Positions 45,008-58,489 of a DNA stretch of 64,000 bases are shown here, piece by piece. The stretch is from the human T2T-CHM13v2.0 reference genome, Homo sapiens: the NCBI RefSeq assembly GCF_009914755.1, contig NC_060926.1; one strand, written 5' to 3'. Both the position numbers and the translations under genes were made by a program. The notes below the pieces were generated by a model. The model saw only the letters and a program-made list of their open reading frames with translations. It had not been told where the DNA came from and did no database searches. How positions within the stretch are numbered: the stretch's first letter is position 1; the number at the start of each line of letters is the position of its first letter.

Positions 45008-45300
45008 GGCCAGGTGTAGTGGCTCACGCCTGTAATCCTAGCACTTTGGGAGGCCGACGTGGGTGGATCACTTGAGGTCAGGAGTTGGAGACCAGCCTGG
45101 CCAACATGGAGAAACCCCGTCTCTACTAAAAATACAAAAATTAACCGAGCATGGTGGTGGGCGCCTGTAACCCCACCTACTCAGGAGAATCACTTGAACC
45201 CTGGAGGCCGAGGTTGCAGTGAGCCGAGATCGTGCCCCTGCACTCCATCCTGGGAGACAGAGTGAGACTCCATCTCAAAAAAAAAAAACAAAAAACAAAA
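45008..45300 (+). mobile_element. AluS with a short internal deletion
   Basis: ctactcaggagaatc lacks the usual gctgaggcag segment; TSD taagacaaa. Confidence 0.9.
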
Positions 45301-45445
45301 CTAAGACAAAGAGTAGCATCTGGATTCCTTTCTGTGCATTAAACTTCAAAACAAAGTATTATTTTAATATACAAGGGCTATCATACAATATAATTTCATT
45401 TTATTCATGGTACATAGTAGATCACAGGATACAATCCCTCTAACC

Positions 45446-46142
45446 CAGTGGTTCCTAAACTTGGTTGCAGGTTGGAAACACCTGGGGAATTTTTTAAATG
45501 GCTTTTGCCTAGATCTTACTATATTAGCCCATGTTCACACTACCATAAAGATACTACCTCAGATTGGGTAATTTATAAACAAAAGAGGTTTAATTCACTC
45601 ACAGATCTGTATGGCTGGGGAGGCCTCAGGAAACTCACAATCATGGCAGAAGATGAAAGGGAAGCAGACACCTTCTAGGCATCAGGAGAAAGAACGCCAA
45701 GCAAGTAGGGGAAGCCTCAACCTTTAAACCCTCAGATCTAATGAGAACTTGCACAAGAACAGCATGAGGGAAACCGCCCCCATGATCCAATCACCTCCCA
45801 CCAGGTTCCTCCCTTGACACAGGGAGATTACAATTCGAGATGAGATTTGGATGGGGACAGAGAGCCAAAATCTTACCCCCAAATCGTCTGATTTAATTGG
45901 TAAAGGGTAATAAGGCCAGATAGAGCAGCAAGAGTATAAAAACTTCTGCAGGTGCAAACAGTTGTTCAAATCCAGAGTCCTCAATTCTGGCTGCATACAA
46001 GAATCACTCGGTGATTTTTCACACCTGCCAATGCCTAGCCCCACCTCCAGATTCTGATTGAATTGGCCTGTGGGACCTGGGCCTTGATAGGCTTTAAAAC
46101 TCTCCAGGTGGTTCTGATGTGCAGTCAGCGTTGAGAACCATT
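45446..46142. mobile_element. MER5A-like hAT elements, the first split by a THE1D LTR
   Basis: cagtggttcctaaacttggttgcaggttggaaacacctgggga; ctctccaggtggttctgatgtgcagtcagcgttgagaacca. Confidence 0.65.
45520..45876 (-). mobile_element. THE1D-like solo LTR
   Basis: gaggcctcaggaaactcacaatcatggcagaag...gagatgagatttggatggggacagagagccaaa. Confidence 0.85.
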
Positions 46143-46639
46143 CTTCTATTCCCTACCACACAAGTTCTATCTAGTTGATCATCCTGACCTCCTACTCCAT
46201 CCCACAGTGGCCACTCATTGAATGAAAGAACCTTGGACCTTATTAAAAGGTACAACTCTACCTTCATTATATCAACCTCGTGCCAACTTCCTGCTTTTTC
46301 TCTAGAATCATAAGCCTTTCATCTTGTCAATTAACCAACGCTCCCTATCCTGTGACTTGACCTGTTTTTTGATCTCTCAAAAGCTTCTTTTCAGATTGCA
46401 ACCCCGCTCCTTTCTATCACCTCCTGTCTGCTTCATTCATCACTCTCTCCAGTAGTTTGAGTGCTTTTGCCCATTACTTCAAACTTCCGGATTATCCTGA
46501 CCAAATTTCTCCTATGATTCCAAGCAACTACTATTAAAGAGAATCTAAAAGACACATCAAACTGAAAAAAATCTCATTATGGCCAACAAACCAGCAAATG
46601 CTGGGCATAATATAGCAAGAGAATTAAAAACTCACACAC

Positions 46640-46960
46640 ATGCATTAGAATGATTTATAAAACTATGACACTTTCTTCCATGGAAACTTGGTTGTAGTTT
46701 TGGCCATGTGCTTTAAGAAATATAAGGATCAACCCAGAAAAAGAACAGAGATGAGAACTGCATATTATCAAGGGAATTAAGAAGTTACCAAAAGAAGATG
46801 AAAGCAAAAGTTAGAACTTTATTATAGAAAAATGCAGGCTGAGGGTGAATCACTTGTAAATGGGGACTAAAATTATATTGTTTCAACTATGGAATACAAA
46901 GGTGAAAAAAGAATGTTCTAGGAAAAATGAAAGGTAATATCACATAGTAATTATTTTTAA
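46640..46960 (+). mobile_element. L3/CR1 fragment
   Basis: gtagttttggccatgtgctttaagaaatataagga...aggctgaggg. Confidence 0.5.
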
Positions 46961-47014
46961 AACCCTAAAGTGCTTGTATAAGGTAAAAAATAAATAGGTT
47001 TGCTGAATGCTTAG

Positions 47015-47325
<311 letters not shown>

Positions 47326-47387
47326 AAATTTGATTATTGATTGAGGCATAGCGGAGTTTGCAGAATGTAAGAAAAAACATACTAACA

Positions 47388-47542
47388 TGCACCCACTGTC
47401 CTGCACCCACTGTCTGGCACACCCCAGTGAGATGAACCCGGTACCTCAGTTGGAAATGCAGAAATCACCCGTCTTCTGCGTTGCTCACACTGGGAGCTGT
47501 AGACCCGAGCTGTTCCTATTCGGCCATCTTGGCTCCTCCCCC
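47388..47542 (-). mobile_element. Isolated first ~155 nt of a young L1PA 5' UTR
   Basis: Reverse complement reads GGGGGAGGAGCCAAGATGGCCGAATAGGAACAGCTC...GGGTGATTTCTGCATTTCCAACTGAGGTACCGGGTTCATCTCACTGG. Confidence 0.93.
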
Positions 47543-47758
47543 AGGGAGACCTTTAGGAGTTTTTAAAGCATCTTCATATGCATGTTCTTCTTCAAGTCTT
47601 ATAGAAAAATCAGAAGTTAGTGGTGTTCTGAATAATTTGAGGCCAGTATTGTGAAGGCATCCATCATCCGCTCCCACAAAAGTGCCTTTAAGATGCTGTC
47701 TGAAAGTCATACTGTGCCAGCCAGACCTTTACTCTGGTGGTATTTCTATTCTTGTGAC

Positions 47759-47985
47759 CAGAGGTGAATTTACCACGAAGCTAATGAAGCTTTAAGGTTT
47801 AACCTCCTTTTTTGCAAGAGGTTCTTTCCAAAGCCCTCAAGAGCCTGGCAATGGTTCCCATAGTCATATGTTTTTGTGAAGTGGCAAACATAAATTATTG
47901 TTATTTGTTGTAATTTTTTATCTTAAATATTTACTTTTGTACATACTCTGTATTGGTAATTTTGTATTATTTTTCTTAAAGATGG
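47759..47985 (+). mobile_element. hAT-Tip100 (Arthur1-like) fragment
   Basis: cagaggtgaatttaccacgaagctaatgaagctt terminus. Confidence 0.55.
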
Positions 47986-48694
47986 AATATGTACTCACTT
48001 CTGCTTATGATCCATTATTACTACATCATAGTGTCCTGCTAACCACTGAAAGACCATTAATATCCCCTCCTCCTTCTCCATCAACACTCAGCCTTTGCAT
48101 TTTAGCCATTCCTTGCTCTCTCATCAGCCATCTTCCTCATTTCTGATGACGGCCTCCTCACAGAGAATGTCTTTCCAGAGAAGACACAAAGCATTAAGTA
48201 AAGCTTTCCAATTATTCTTTTACTCTCTAAGTGGTCTTTCCCTGTACCATTTCTCGTCCTTTTCCTCCATCTTACAGAAGTTGAAGAACTGGACTTCCAC
48301 ATCGGAACTCCAACCTCCTCCTTGAAGGACCAGCTCTCCCCTCTCAGTCCAGTCACCCTCCCTTCTCTTGCTATGACGGAGGGAGTGGGGGCTTTCCTGC
48401 TGTCTTTGGGTACACTCAGCGTTTTCAGCTCTTATGGTCTCATTGAGCAGTTTCTCTCTTCTGATTTTCCACGTCTTTAACCAAAAGGAAAAGTACAGCA
48501 AAAACTGAAAATGCCTTTCATCCTGAGCTGTTTTGGCACAAACGTCCCAGAAGGAAGGGAGGGAAGAAGATTTGTAGCAGCTGATCCTGGACCAAGCCTG
48601 GGAGCATCTAGTGCTTTCCCTCGCTGTAGATGTTGCCAAAATATACAGTGAGAAACATAAAAAGGAGAACAACAACAACATGATAGTTTTGTGT

Positions 48695-48865
48695 CCTCCC
48701 CCCCGCCCCGCACAAAATGTGGTTTAGGCACACCTGGTTCTAAAGTCAGCCTGAGTTAGATAGAAAGGGCAGTCTGGGGATGCGCGTCCCCGAGGAGGGT
48801 TTCTTTACACACCCCTGCGTGCCATAGAACCGGGTCAGAATCACTGCTTAGCACTGATTCCAAAG
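48695..48865. promoter_or_regulatory. Candidate enhancer or promoter-like patch
   Basis: Local CpG retention, GC box ccccgccccg, agatag, cacacccc, tgcgtg, tgcttagca. Confidence 0.35.
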
Positions 48866-50694
48866 TTCAGCCATGAAGATTTGACTGTGTTCACACCACA
48901 CTACCCACCCAACACAGAAAAGGGGTAATTTTTATTTAGCAAAGATTTCATAACACAGGCTTAAGCACAAAGAGCTGTAGTACTTAGAAGTTTGTCTAGA
49001 AGATGTATTATGTAGATTATCTCAGAATATTTTCGTTATCATGGTTTATTCTGCATTAACTGACACTTAATACTAACTAGTGGTTCTGCAAAATGTTTAA
49101 AATATGTTATAATGCTATAATCTCTTAATTTTCTTCCCAGCAAAAACTTCTGTTTAAATCAGATTAAATAAAGATTTTAATAAAAAGACATTTAAATAAG
49201 AGTTCAGGGTGGGATTAGCATTGTGGTGGAACAGAAACACACAGTCTGCCAAGAGAAAAAAAAACAGTTGAAGGGGTTTGAACTTTGCCCTAGATTTCAG
49301 TCTATGAATTTGCAGTACTTTAATATGGCTTATTTTGTTCAACCTAAAAAAATCCACAATGTTTATAACAGTCCAAGAGAGTGAAGTTTTTGTTGCTAAA
49401 TATTTAGTACAATAAAATATTAATGCTGTGCTAAAGTTATATGTTTTCACTTATTCAAGAAAAAACTGCTGATTTCCTGGGTGCAAGAGATTTAGTAATT
49501 AAAATAAATTAAATTACAAGAAAATGCATAACCCTAGATATTTTTTCACATGCCATTTGATAGTTCTCCAGTACTAATTTGAGTACTGCTGTGCGGGGGA
49601 TTTAGAAAGAGCATACAAATAGTAACCAAAGCCTGAAAATTCCTGACAATTTTTACATTCTTAACATAGAATCATTTTTGTTAAGTGCATGTATCTTGAT
49701 TTTTGCTCACTCATCATTATCACCCTGGCCACTTAACTTTCAATATTAATAAGGTGCACATTCACTGAAAATGCTGAAACACAATGATATGAGATAGTCA
49801 TGCAATCTCTTGCTTGGAATTACCTAACAAAGAAAGCTCAATGACTAATTCAGAATTTAGTCTATTACTAACATTGGCTATTTTCACTCTATTCTTTACC
49901 TGAGTTCTACAAGGCTACCTTGCCTGTAACATGAGAAAACAATTGGCCACACAAAAATACAGGTCATATTTCCAATTATATTATACTAAGGCTTACAGCA
50001 TAGCATATGCATGTCTGTAAAAGACAGCCAAGATATACAAGCTGAAAACAATAACCAACATGACGACACTTTCCTAAAAGGATTGGACTAGTTCCTTAGA
50101 GTTTATAACAATGGAAATGAACTCACATTTATCAGCCATCAATGCCACTTAAGGCATATACACACTGAAAGGGCATTGTGGCCCAAACATCATGGAACAC
50201 ACAGCACAAAAAGTTGGGCAGACCCACCTCCTTTATAGCAATAGCCACAGCAATCATCTTTCGAATCTCAGAGAAATATACCCGTACACCAGTACTCACC
50301 AGGTTAGTAAATATTTGTTACAAAGGGTTGAAAACAGTTTGATATATTCTCGTGTCTCCTTTTTGCCCACTGTACCTTGCTGCCCTTTTACTTCTCTTAC
50401 TTCTGTGCTTGGCACATAGTTGGGTTTTATGTATGGTAAGCATGCTAGGAAGAAAAGTGAATAATTTGGGATACAATGTAGCTAGGTTTAATTCTTAAAA
50501 ATTAGAATTTTTAAGGATATTTGAATTGGGAGAATTATCCAGAGGGGAACTCTAAAAGATGACCTATTTTTAGTGCAATTCAAAAAGGTATCATTAATTA
50601 ATTGATTCATTAATTCATTCAACAAATATTTATTGGCTATCTTTTGTATACAAGGCATTATGCTATGCTCCTATGACTCAGTGATCAAGGGGAC

Positions 50695-51088
50695 TGCTAT
50701 GGTTTGAATGTCTCTTCCGAAATTCATTTTGAAATTTAATTGCCATTGTGATGGTATTAAAAGATAGGACCTTTAAGAGGTGATTAGATCAGGAGTGCTC
50801 TGCCCTCATGAATGGATGGATTAATGCCATTATCATGAGAGTGGGTTACTTATTGTGGGATTGGGTTCCTATAAAATAATGAAGTTTGGCTCCCATCCTC
50901 TCTGTCTCACAAGCCTGCTTGCTCTTCTACCTTCCACCATGGGATGATATAATACGAAGGCCCTGGCCAGATGCTAGCACCATGCTCTTGGTCTTCCCAG
51001 CCTGCATAAATAATAAATAAATAAATTTCTGTTATAAGTTACCCAGTCTCAGATATTCTGTTATAGTGGCAGAAAACAGTTTAAGTCA
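50695..51088 (+). mobile_element. MSTB/MSTC-like solo LTR
   Basis: tgctatggtttgaatgtc...ataagttacccagtctcagatattctgttatag; TSD gggac/aggac. Confidence 0.85.
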
Positions 51089-51335
51089 AGGACAAATGTG
51101 GACACTGATCTCACCGAATTTACATTCTAGTGGGGAAAATAGTTTTTTTTTTTAAAAAAAGAGCACATAAATAATGACATAATTGTAACTGTGATCAGTG
51201 CTAAGATGGAAAACAACATTGGAGAAATAAAAAGGTGAGTACTCAATCATGCAGGACCTTGTAAGCCATATCAAGAATTTCTTTTGTATCCTAAGAGAAA
51301 TGGAAAATATTTTAGGATTTAAATCAGGTATATAA

Positions 51336-51513
<178 letters not shown>

Positions 51514-53619
51514 AAAGACTAGTGGTCTACACGTAGAAAAAAATTGAGAGGATGAGCAAAGCAAGATGAAGGCACGAGTGTGGGTGAAAGTAAAGGTCCA
51601 GTTGGGAGGCTATTGCTATAGTTCATGAAGGAGATGGTGGCAGCTGAGCCAGAAGCATAGCAATGAATATATGAAGAAGTAGACTGTTGCAAGGTTCATC
51701 TACAAGGTAATGCCTTGACAGGTATTTTAAAAGAGACAAGAGTCAAGGGCAACATTAGCATTTCTGTTATGAGCAATTGGGAGAATGGGGGATGGGGAAA
51801 CTGAGACTATACAAATGAAGAGTAGATTTCAGGGATTAAAAAATGAGTTCAAATCCAGACATGTTAAAATTGAGATGTATGAAAGGTGTCCAAGAGTAAG
51901 TAACATTTACTTAGTAACACTTACTAAGCAAATATTGTAGGTATGTCTTTGGAGCTCAGAAATGTCTGTGTTTAATATTGGTGTATATTATGTATATATC
52001 AATCTCCAAGTCATTGGTGTATACATAACATTTTTTATAAGCTGTGGGAGTGGAGGAGACATCATAGGAAAAGAATGTAGGATTAGAAAGAAACAAGGGT
52101 CCAAGACTGGTCTTTGAAGAACTCCAATTTCTAAATAGAGAAGGTGGCACTCCCAAAGTAGAATGAGAAGGGTTGGCCAGATGGGGTAGCAGGAACACTC
52201 GATTTTTGTGTTAGAGTAAGTTGTGTGTTACAGATGCCATGGAAAGAAAGACTATTAAATGGGGAGAATGATCACTCAGGGAAAATCAAGTATGGGGAAG
52301 ATTGGTAATACATATTGGATTTTGTAATACGGATACCATTGAGATCTTAGCCAGAACAATTTGAGTAGTGTGGTGAACTGGGGGAGACTTAGCTATGAAA
52401 GGGAAGTGAAGGCATTGGGGAAATGTGCACAGACAACTCTTTCTAGAAGTCCGATCATGGGTAAGATCTTGAGGTTCTATCCTGGGTTATGTAGCCTGCA
52501 TTTCTCCATTTGTAAAATGAGGATGTGAATATAACCATACTCAGAAAATAACTTGAGAAAAACAAGGGTAAATCCCTGTGCTTGGCATCATTCTGATCAA
52601 TTAAGTTCAAATAAGATTTACTGTGCATGTGCTAGATTCCAGGATAAAAAGATAACCAAGATGAGGTACATTCTTGCCAAGAGCTTATGATTTAATGAGG
52701 GAGACAGAATAAAATATGTGCATTTAAGAAAATGTGAAGATGAAAGTACATTTGAAGATGAAAGTACACACAATGTATTATGAGAACAAGGAAGAGAACA
52801 TTTCTCAACCAGGGAATTTGAGAAGCTTTCTAGAGAAAAAGACACATGAACTAAGTTATGAAAGAAAAAAATAGGAATTACTCAGGTGGTGAGAGGAAGC
52901 AAAGATACACCCCGGAGGGAAATTACGAACACAAGTAAAGGCCCAGAGACATAAAACACAATTAAAATTCTTCGTACACCCTGCCCATGTACAGGGAATC
53001 TACAAACACATCAGTCACTAGAATATATAGTTGCAGTATGAGAGTTAAGTCTGGAGAGGCAAGCTCATGGATCATTTGTGTGCCATGTTAGGAGGATTTG
53101 ACTTTATACTCAAGTAACTGGGTTCAAATCCAAGATCAACAACCTGTTAGTGCTGTCATTTTGGGTGAGTTACTTAAACTTCCTGAGCTTCAATTTCCTC
53201 AGTGAGAGTGTTTATTTTCAATTTCTTTAAATGAAAACTTAAATAATACCTACATCCTAGCAAAAATGTCATTAACTCTCAATTAAGGTTAAAAATTGTT
53301 ATTAGAGAAGGACGTAGCCTTAGACAATTTCATCCAATCTATTTATTCTGCATATAAGGAAATTGAGTGCTAGGGAGATTGATAACTTATCCAAGTTAAT
53401 GCCTTGAAGAAGCAGTAGAATCTAGAGCAAATCTAAGTTCTGTTATCTGTTGCTATGACACTACTGTATATTTCTTTCTTCCAGAAGTTAAAAGCTAAAG
53501 CAACCAACAGGTGAAAATGCAGGCAGAGGACAGGTTGTCCAATGTCAAAGAGCCAGTAGAAATGCAATTTTCTGATGTTGAGCCACAAACTGAAAGGGAA
53601 AATTAAGACAGGGACAAGA

Positions 53620-54021
<402 letters not shown>

Positions 54022-54065
54022 CTAGGAAGGAAAATATATCTGGACATCTATATCCAGGTATCCAG

Positions 54066-54272
54066 ATATTTTATATATATATATATTATATATATATATA
54101 TTTTATATATATATATTATATATATATTTTATATATATATATTATATATATATATTTTATATATATATATTTTATATATATATATTATATATATATATTT
54201 TATATATATATATTTTATATATATATATTTTATATATATATTTTATATATATATATTTTATATATATATATA
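54066..54272. repeat. Interrupted (TA)n array (~205 bp of pure A/T), preceded by (TG)n at ~53975-54008
   Basis: (TA)n blocks separated by tt or tttt. Confidence 0.95.
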
Positions 54273-55716
54273 GCAAGAAGCGTGGTTTTGACAGAAGCCA
54301 GGCCAAGCTCATAATATTTCTGTTCATCCATTTACTAGTTATGTGACTTGAATCAACTATTTTCTGTATCTGTAAAATCTGAAACTGATGCCTTACTGAT
54401 TTCTAAAGAAGCCCAAATAAGTTAGCATGTATGAACATGCTTAACCATTACCCAATACACAGGAGACACCTAAACATTTTTTAAAATTCTTTCTAACAAG
54501 AATACTAGGCAGACCACCACAGACACAAATTGAGTATACTTAATAATATATATACCCAGACAATTTATTCTTAAGACACCACAGAGAATCTGGAAGTGGG
54601 CAGTAGGCTATTTTATAGACCATTTTCTATCTTCCAGATTCTAGACTGACATGGCAATTCCTGGACAGCTGATGTCATGCTAGTCATATGCTCAGAGACC
54701 AAAGATCAGAGTCTGTACTGCCCTTGGTGGTACCTTTAGCTAACAAGAAAGGGACATGTGATGGGTTAGTGAGGCAGGTGTGGCACCTATCATAGAAGTA
54801 AATACAACCAAAGGTAAGAAAAGTTGAAACTGGGTAAAGTAGAGAAGGAAGCAGTCCACCAATGCTCATCATGTCAAACACAATAAGTGCTTTGGCTGGG
54901 CAGACATAAAATGCTTTCTCTGTAATTATTAGCAGCTGTTGCCTGAGAATTATTTTGAGCTTACTCCAATATAAAAAGTAAGACAGGACGAGTAAGCACT
55001 TTTCTTTAACTGCATGACCTTTAAGGAAGAAACCAGAAAGCATAGCGATTTGCTTGAAGCAGCCATAGGAACTATCTCCTTAACCTTCACATGACTTGGT
55101 ACAGTCCAACTCCCCGACGAAGAAAGCAGGGATCTTGACAGAACAAACTTTCAGCAGAGTGTACATGAAGATTTGAACCGTGTTTCATTGCTGCTTCTTT
55201 CCTTTGCTGAAGTCCGCTAACTTCTCTGTCATGGGCATTTGCTAACACATCTCTTGTTGGAACAGCAAAGCAAAAAACAAAGGCAGACAAGCTCGCCACA
55301 TCCTTTTAATCTTTAGCCTTACAAATGTTTTGATTTATCAAATTCATACCACCTGATACCTCTCTTTGCCTAAGATTAGACAACTAATTAAGTGTCTAGA
55401 GTGAGGGCAAGAGAGAAGTAGCGGAATATAAATACCAATTGGGAGCTTTAGCTCCTGGGTAGGTGGTGGTGAAATTAGCAGAAGTAGAAATATGGAAGGA
55501 CATAACGGGGAAGATTCATTTGAATGCCCCATAGGACACTGAGTTTGTGCTGTCCATAAGTACTTAGATATACATATGGATCATCAGCCGAAATAGAGAA
55601 GTAACTGAACAAGATCAATACAAACCTACAATACAATGCTAGGAAGGCACCAAAAAATTGTGTGTAAACTTCTCTGTCTCTAGAAGTCAGATTTGCTTAG
55701 GAATTCAAGTAGGAAC

Positions 55717-56564
55717 TGTAGTGGTTTGGAAAGCATGTTTCTATCTTACCAAAGGAGGAACAGAAGATGACCGACCACAAAATTTGAAGAAGATAGACTG
55801 ATTAACCTGGGGGATAAGAGAGATTTTCTAAGCCAAAAGATTGAGATCTTCACAGACAGGTAGAAAGATTAAAATGCCATCTTGAAGACCAGAAGAGATT
55901 GATATGACAGGGAAAGGACACCCCCACCTTCACCTGCCCTCTTCAGGGGCTTAGAAAAGGGGAAGATGGGTCAGTTGCTACCAAGTAAGAAATTGTGACC
56001 TCTTGTAACAAAGGAGAAGACAGCTGAGAGAACAGAAAACTATTGAGAAGCATTTTTAAAGCCACAAATAGAAATGAAAAATTGATTGGGTAAGCTTAAA
56101 TATTGAGAGAAGTCTACAAAGTGATTACAGAGTATCTGGACTGATATGGTGGGGGAAGATGAGGAAGAGCAGCCTCAAAGCCTTAGAGCATATTGGGTAA
56201 CTAAGCACAAACAATGAATAAGCAGAGACTCTAGGCAAATATGAAGTGGAAAAAATATATTTAGAATAAAGTGTGACATGATTGATCAGGAATTCCTAGA
56301 GCAGTACCAAGAGACAGAAAAGAGCTGAGTCACTATTAAGAGAGAGAATTGACTCTCAAGCTTTGGACACTGAGAGAGCCATTAAATAACTCAGTTCCCC
56401 AAGTGTGTTTCATTCCCCATGAGGCCCACATATAGAACTACTCCTGTGCTTCCACGAGATTTCTATTGCCTTTCTTCTACAAATATCTTTACACTAAATC
56501 CCTCAGTACTTAACAGAGTCTGACATAAGTTGTCCCTTTTTCTGGCAGCCAAAATTGCCTAACA
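55717..56564 (+). mobile_element. Ancient ERVL-class LTR, family not determined
   Basis: Starts tgtagtgg; ends ...taaatccctc...ggcagccaaaattgcctaaca, an ERVL/MaLR-like LTR end. Confidence 0.45.
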
Positions 56565-56759
56565 TGCTAAGAAGTGAACTTCATCCTTCTTACAGTGTAG
56601 TAGCCAAAAATGGATAAAATCCTACAGATTTATGCTACCCAGTGAGGAGTAAAAAGAGATTATTACCTTCTCCACTGTGGACATTATCCCCTTTATCTTT
56701 TTATTGGCAGCCTCATCAGTTTGCTGCTTATACTGACCTCTGTGCCAAGAATCCTCAAT

Positions 56760-56930
56760 TCTTTCATTACTTATGTATTCATTCAACATATATTTATTGG
56801 GCTCCTTGTATGTGCTAGGCACTGTTCAAGGCACTGAAGATGCAAAAGTAAGCTACACTGTCCCTGCCCTCATGGAGTTTAGCATCTACTGGTGGAGACA
56901 GACATTGAACAAGTATCACACTCATGGAAG
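56760..56930 (-). mobile_element. L2 3' end
   Basis: attcattcaacatatatttattgggctccttgtatgtgctaggcactg. Confidence 0.75.
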
Positions 56931-57448
56931 CTGATTCATTACACACAAGTGAGGAGATGGCCCCAGAACCACTCATGCTCACCATGAGACTGTCTGCCAT
57001 TGTCCTCCACCCCTCCACTGGCAGGAAAACAGAGGAGCTTTAGAGCTCCCTCCCAGGGGAGACTCACTGTCTCTACCACTATCTCTGCTTTATCTTCACT
57101 TACTTCAGTCAGCACAAAAAACTCAGGCCTCTCAGGAGATCCCACAAACCCAAACCCCAATATCCGTAAGGCTGTGACTTCAGCTCCCACCCCATCTCCA
57201 ACTCCTCCAACCCTTCTGCTGTACCCTGGAGAGTGCTCAGTGCATCATCACTACCCAACATCCTCAAAATGTCCATGAATGTTCCTGTCTCTTAGGGCTC
57301 CAACTAAAAGCCGCCTCTTCCCTGAGTTCCCTGCTTCCTCTCCAGCCCTCTCAGGTTGTGACTGTTACAGGTCTCTAGGCCTGGAGGTGGGAAATGTGTC
57401 CTCCTTGCTCCTCCTCTAAATCGTTTTCCATCTCTCCTCCTAACCCCT

Positions 57449-57450
<2 letters not shown>

Positions 57451-57500
<50 letters not shown>
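57451..57500. repeat. (AC)25 microsatellite
   Basis: Read directly. Confidence 0.97.
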
Positions 57501-57502
<2 letters not shown>

Positions 57503-58489
57503 CTTCGAATCTCACGTCATCAGACAACACTATCCATTATCTTCCCTATAGGAGTCATTTACTCATCTGCCCTTTCCTCCTCCTTAAACTTCTCCCAACA
57601 CCTTTACCCCACCCCTCTCCTGCTACTCCTAACTAATGACCCAACTCCCCTTTTCAATGATAAAACAGGAGAAATCCGAAGAGAACTTAAATAAGTTCTT
57701 CACATCTACCTGCCTAATTATATCTGAGTCATGTACTCTCCATTTTTGTCACTACTGATGAATTATTTGTACTCTTAAAGTTACTTAAGTGTCTACTCAA
57801 GGGCTTTGCTTTAGCAACTCTTCCATTTCTTGTTCACACAGGGGGATGTTTCCCAATAGCTTATAAAGATAAACATATTACACTACATATACTGTATATA
57901 CTCTAGAATATATATATAATAGTGTGTATATATATACTGTATATACACTGTATATATTCTGGAAACCTAGCTCTCCACTTAAAAATTAGGTTGCCTTTAG
58001 CGAGCTTTGTTATGTGTCTAATTTTCAATTTCCTCATCTATCCAATGTGAAAATTAATGCCAATTTCATAAAGTTGTTGAGTAGGTTAAATGACTTACCA
58101 TATGCAAAGTACTTTATACAAAAAAAGCATTCAATAAATGTTAGCTCCAAATTTCCTCAACACTGCGGGTTAAGCACAGGTAAACAATGGAGAAATGAAA
58201 ACATTACTTTGTTCAAATGAACTGCACTTAAGCTATTCTGATAACACACTGTACAAACTTCTCGTTATCTTTCACTTCCAGCTCTTGTCTTCACAAACCT
58301 ATTATTTTGACTCTACCATTCACTACAGCCAAGACGAGACACCAAAATGGTATCTAATTTTAAACACTTACTAAAGGATGCAGAAAGGAAAATCCATTTC
58401 TAATGATTTTATGCCTAATCTGTGATACTTGGTAGATGAAAAATTGGTCTCCTTCTTCAACTGTAACTGTTCTTAGAAGTCACTTAATT

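Noticed and set aside
57880-57960. Self-complementary AT-rich patch
   Set aside because: Best explained as a decayed (TA)n/(TG)n microsatellite
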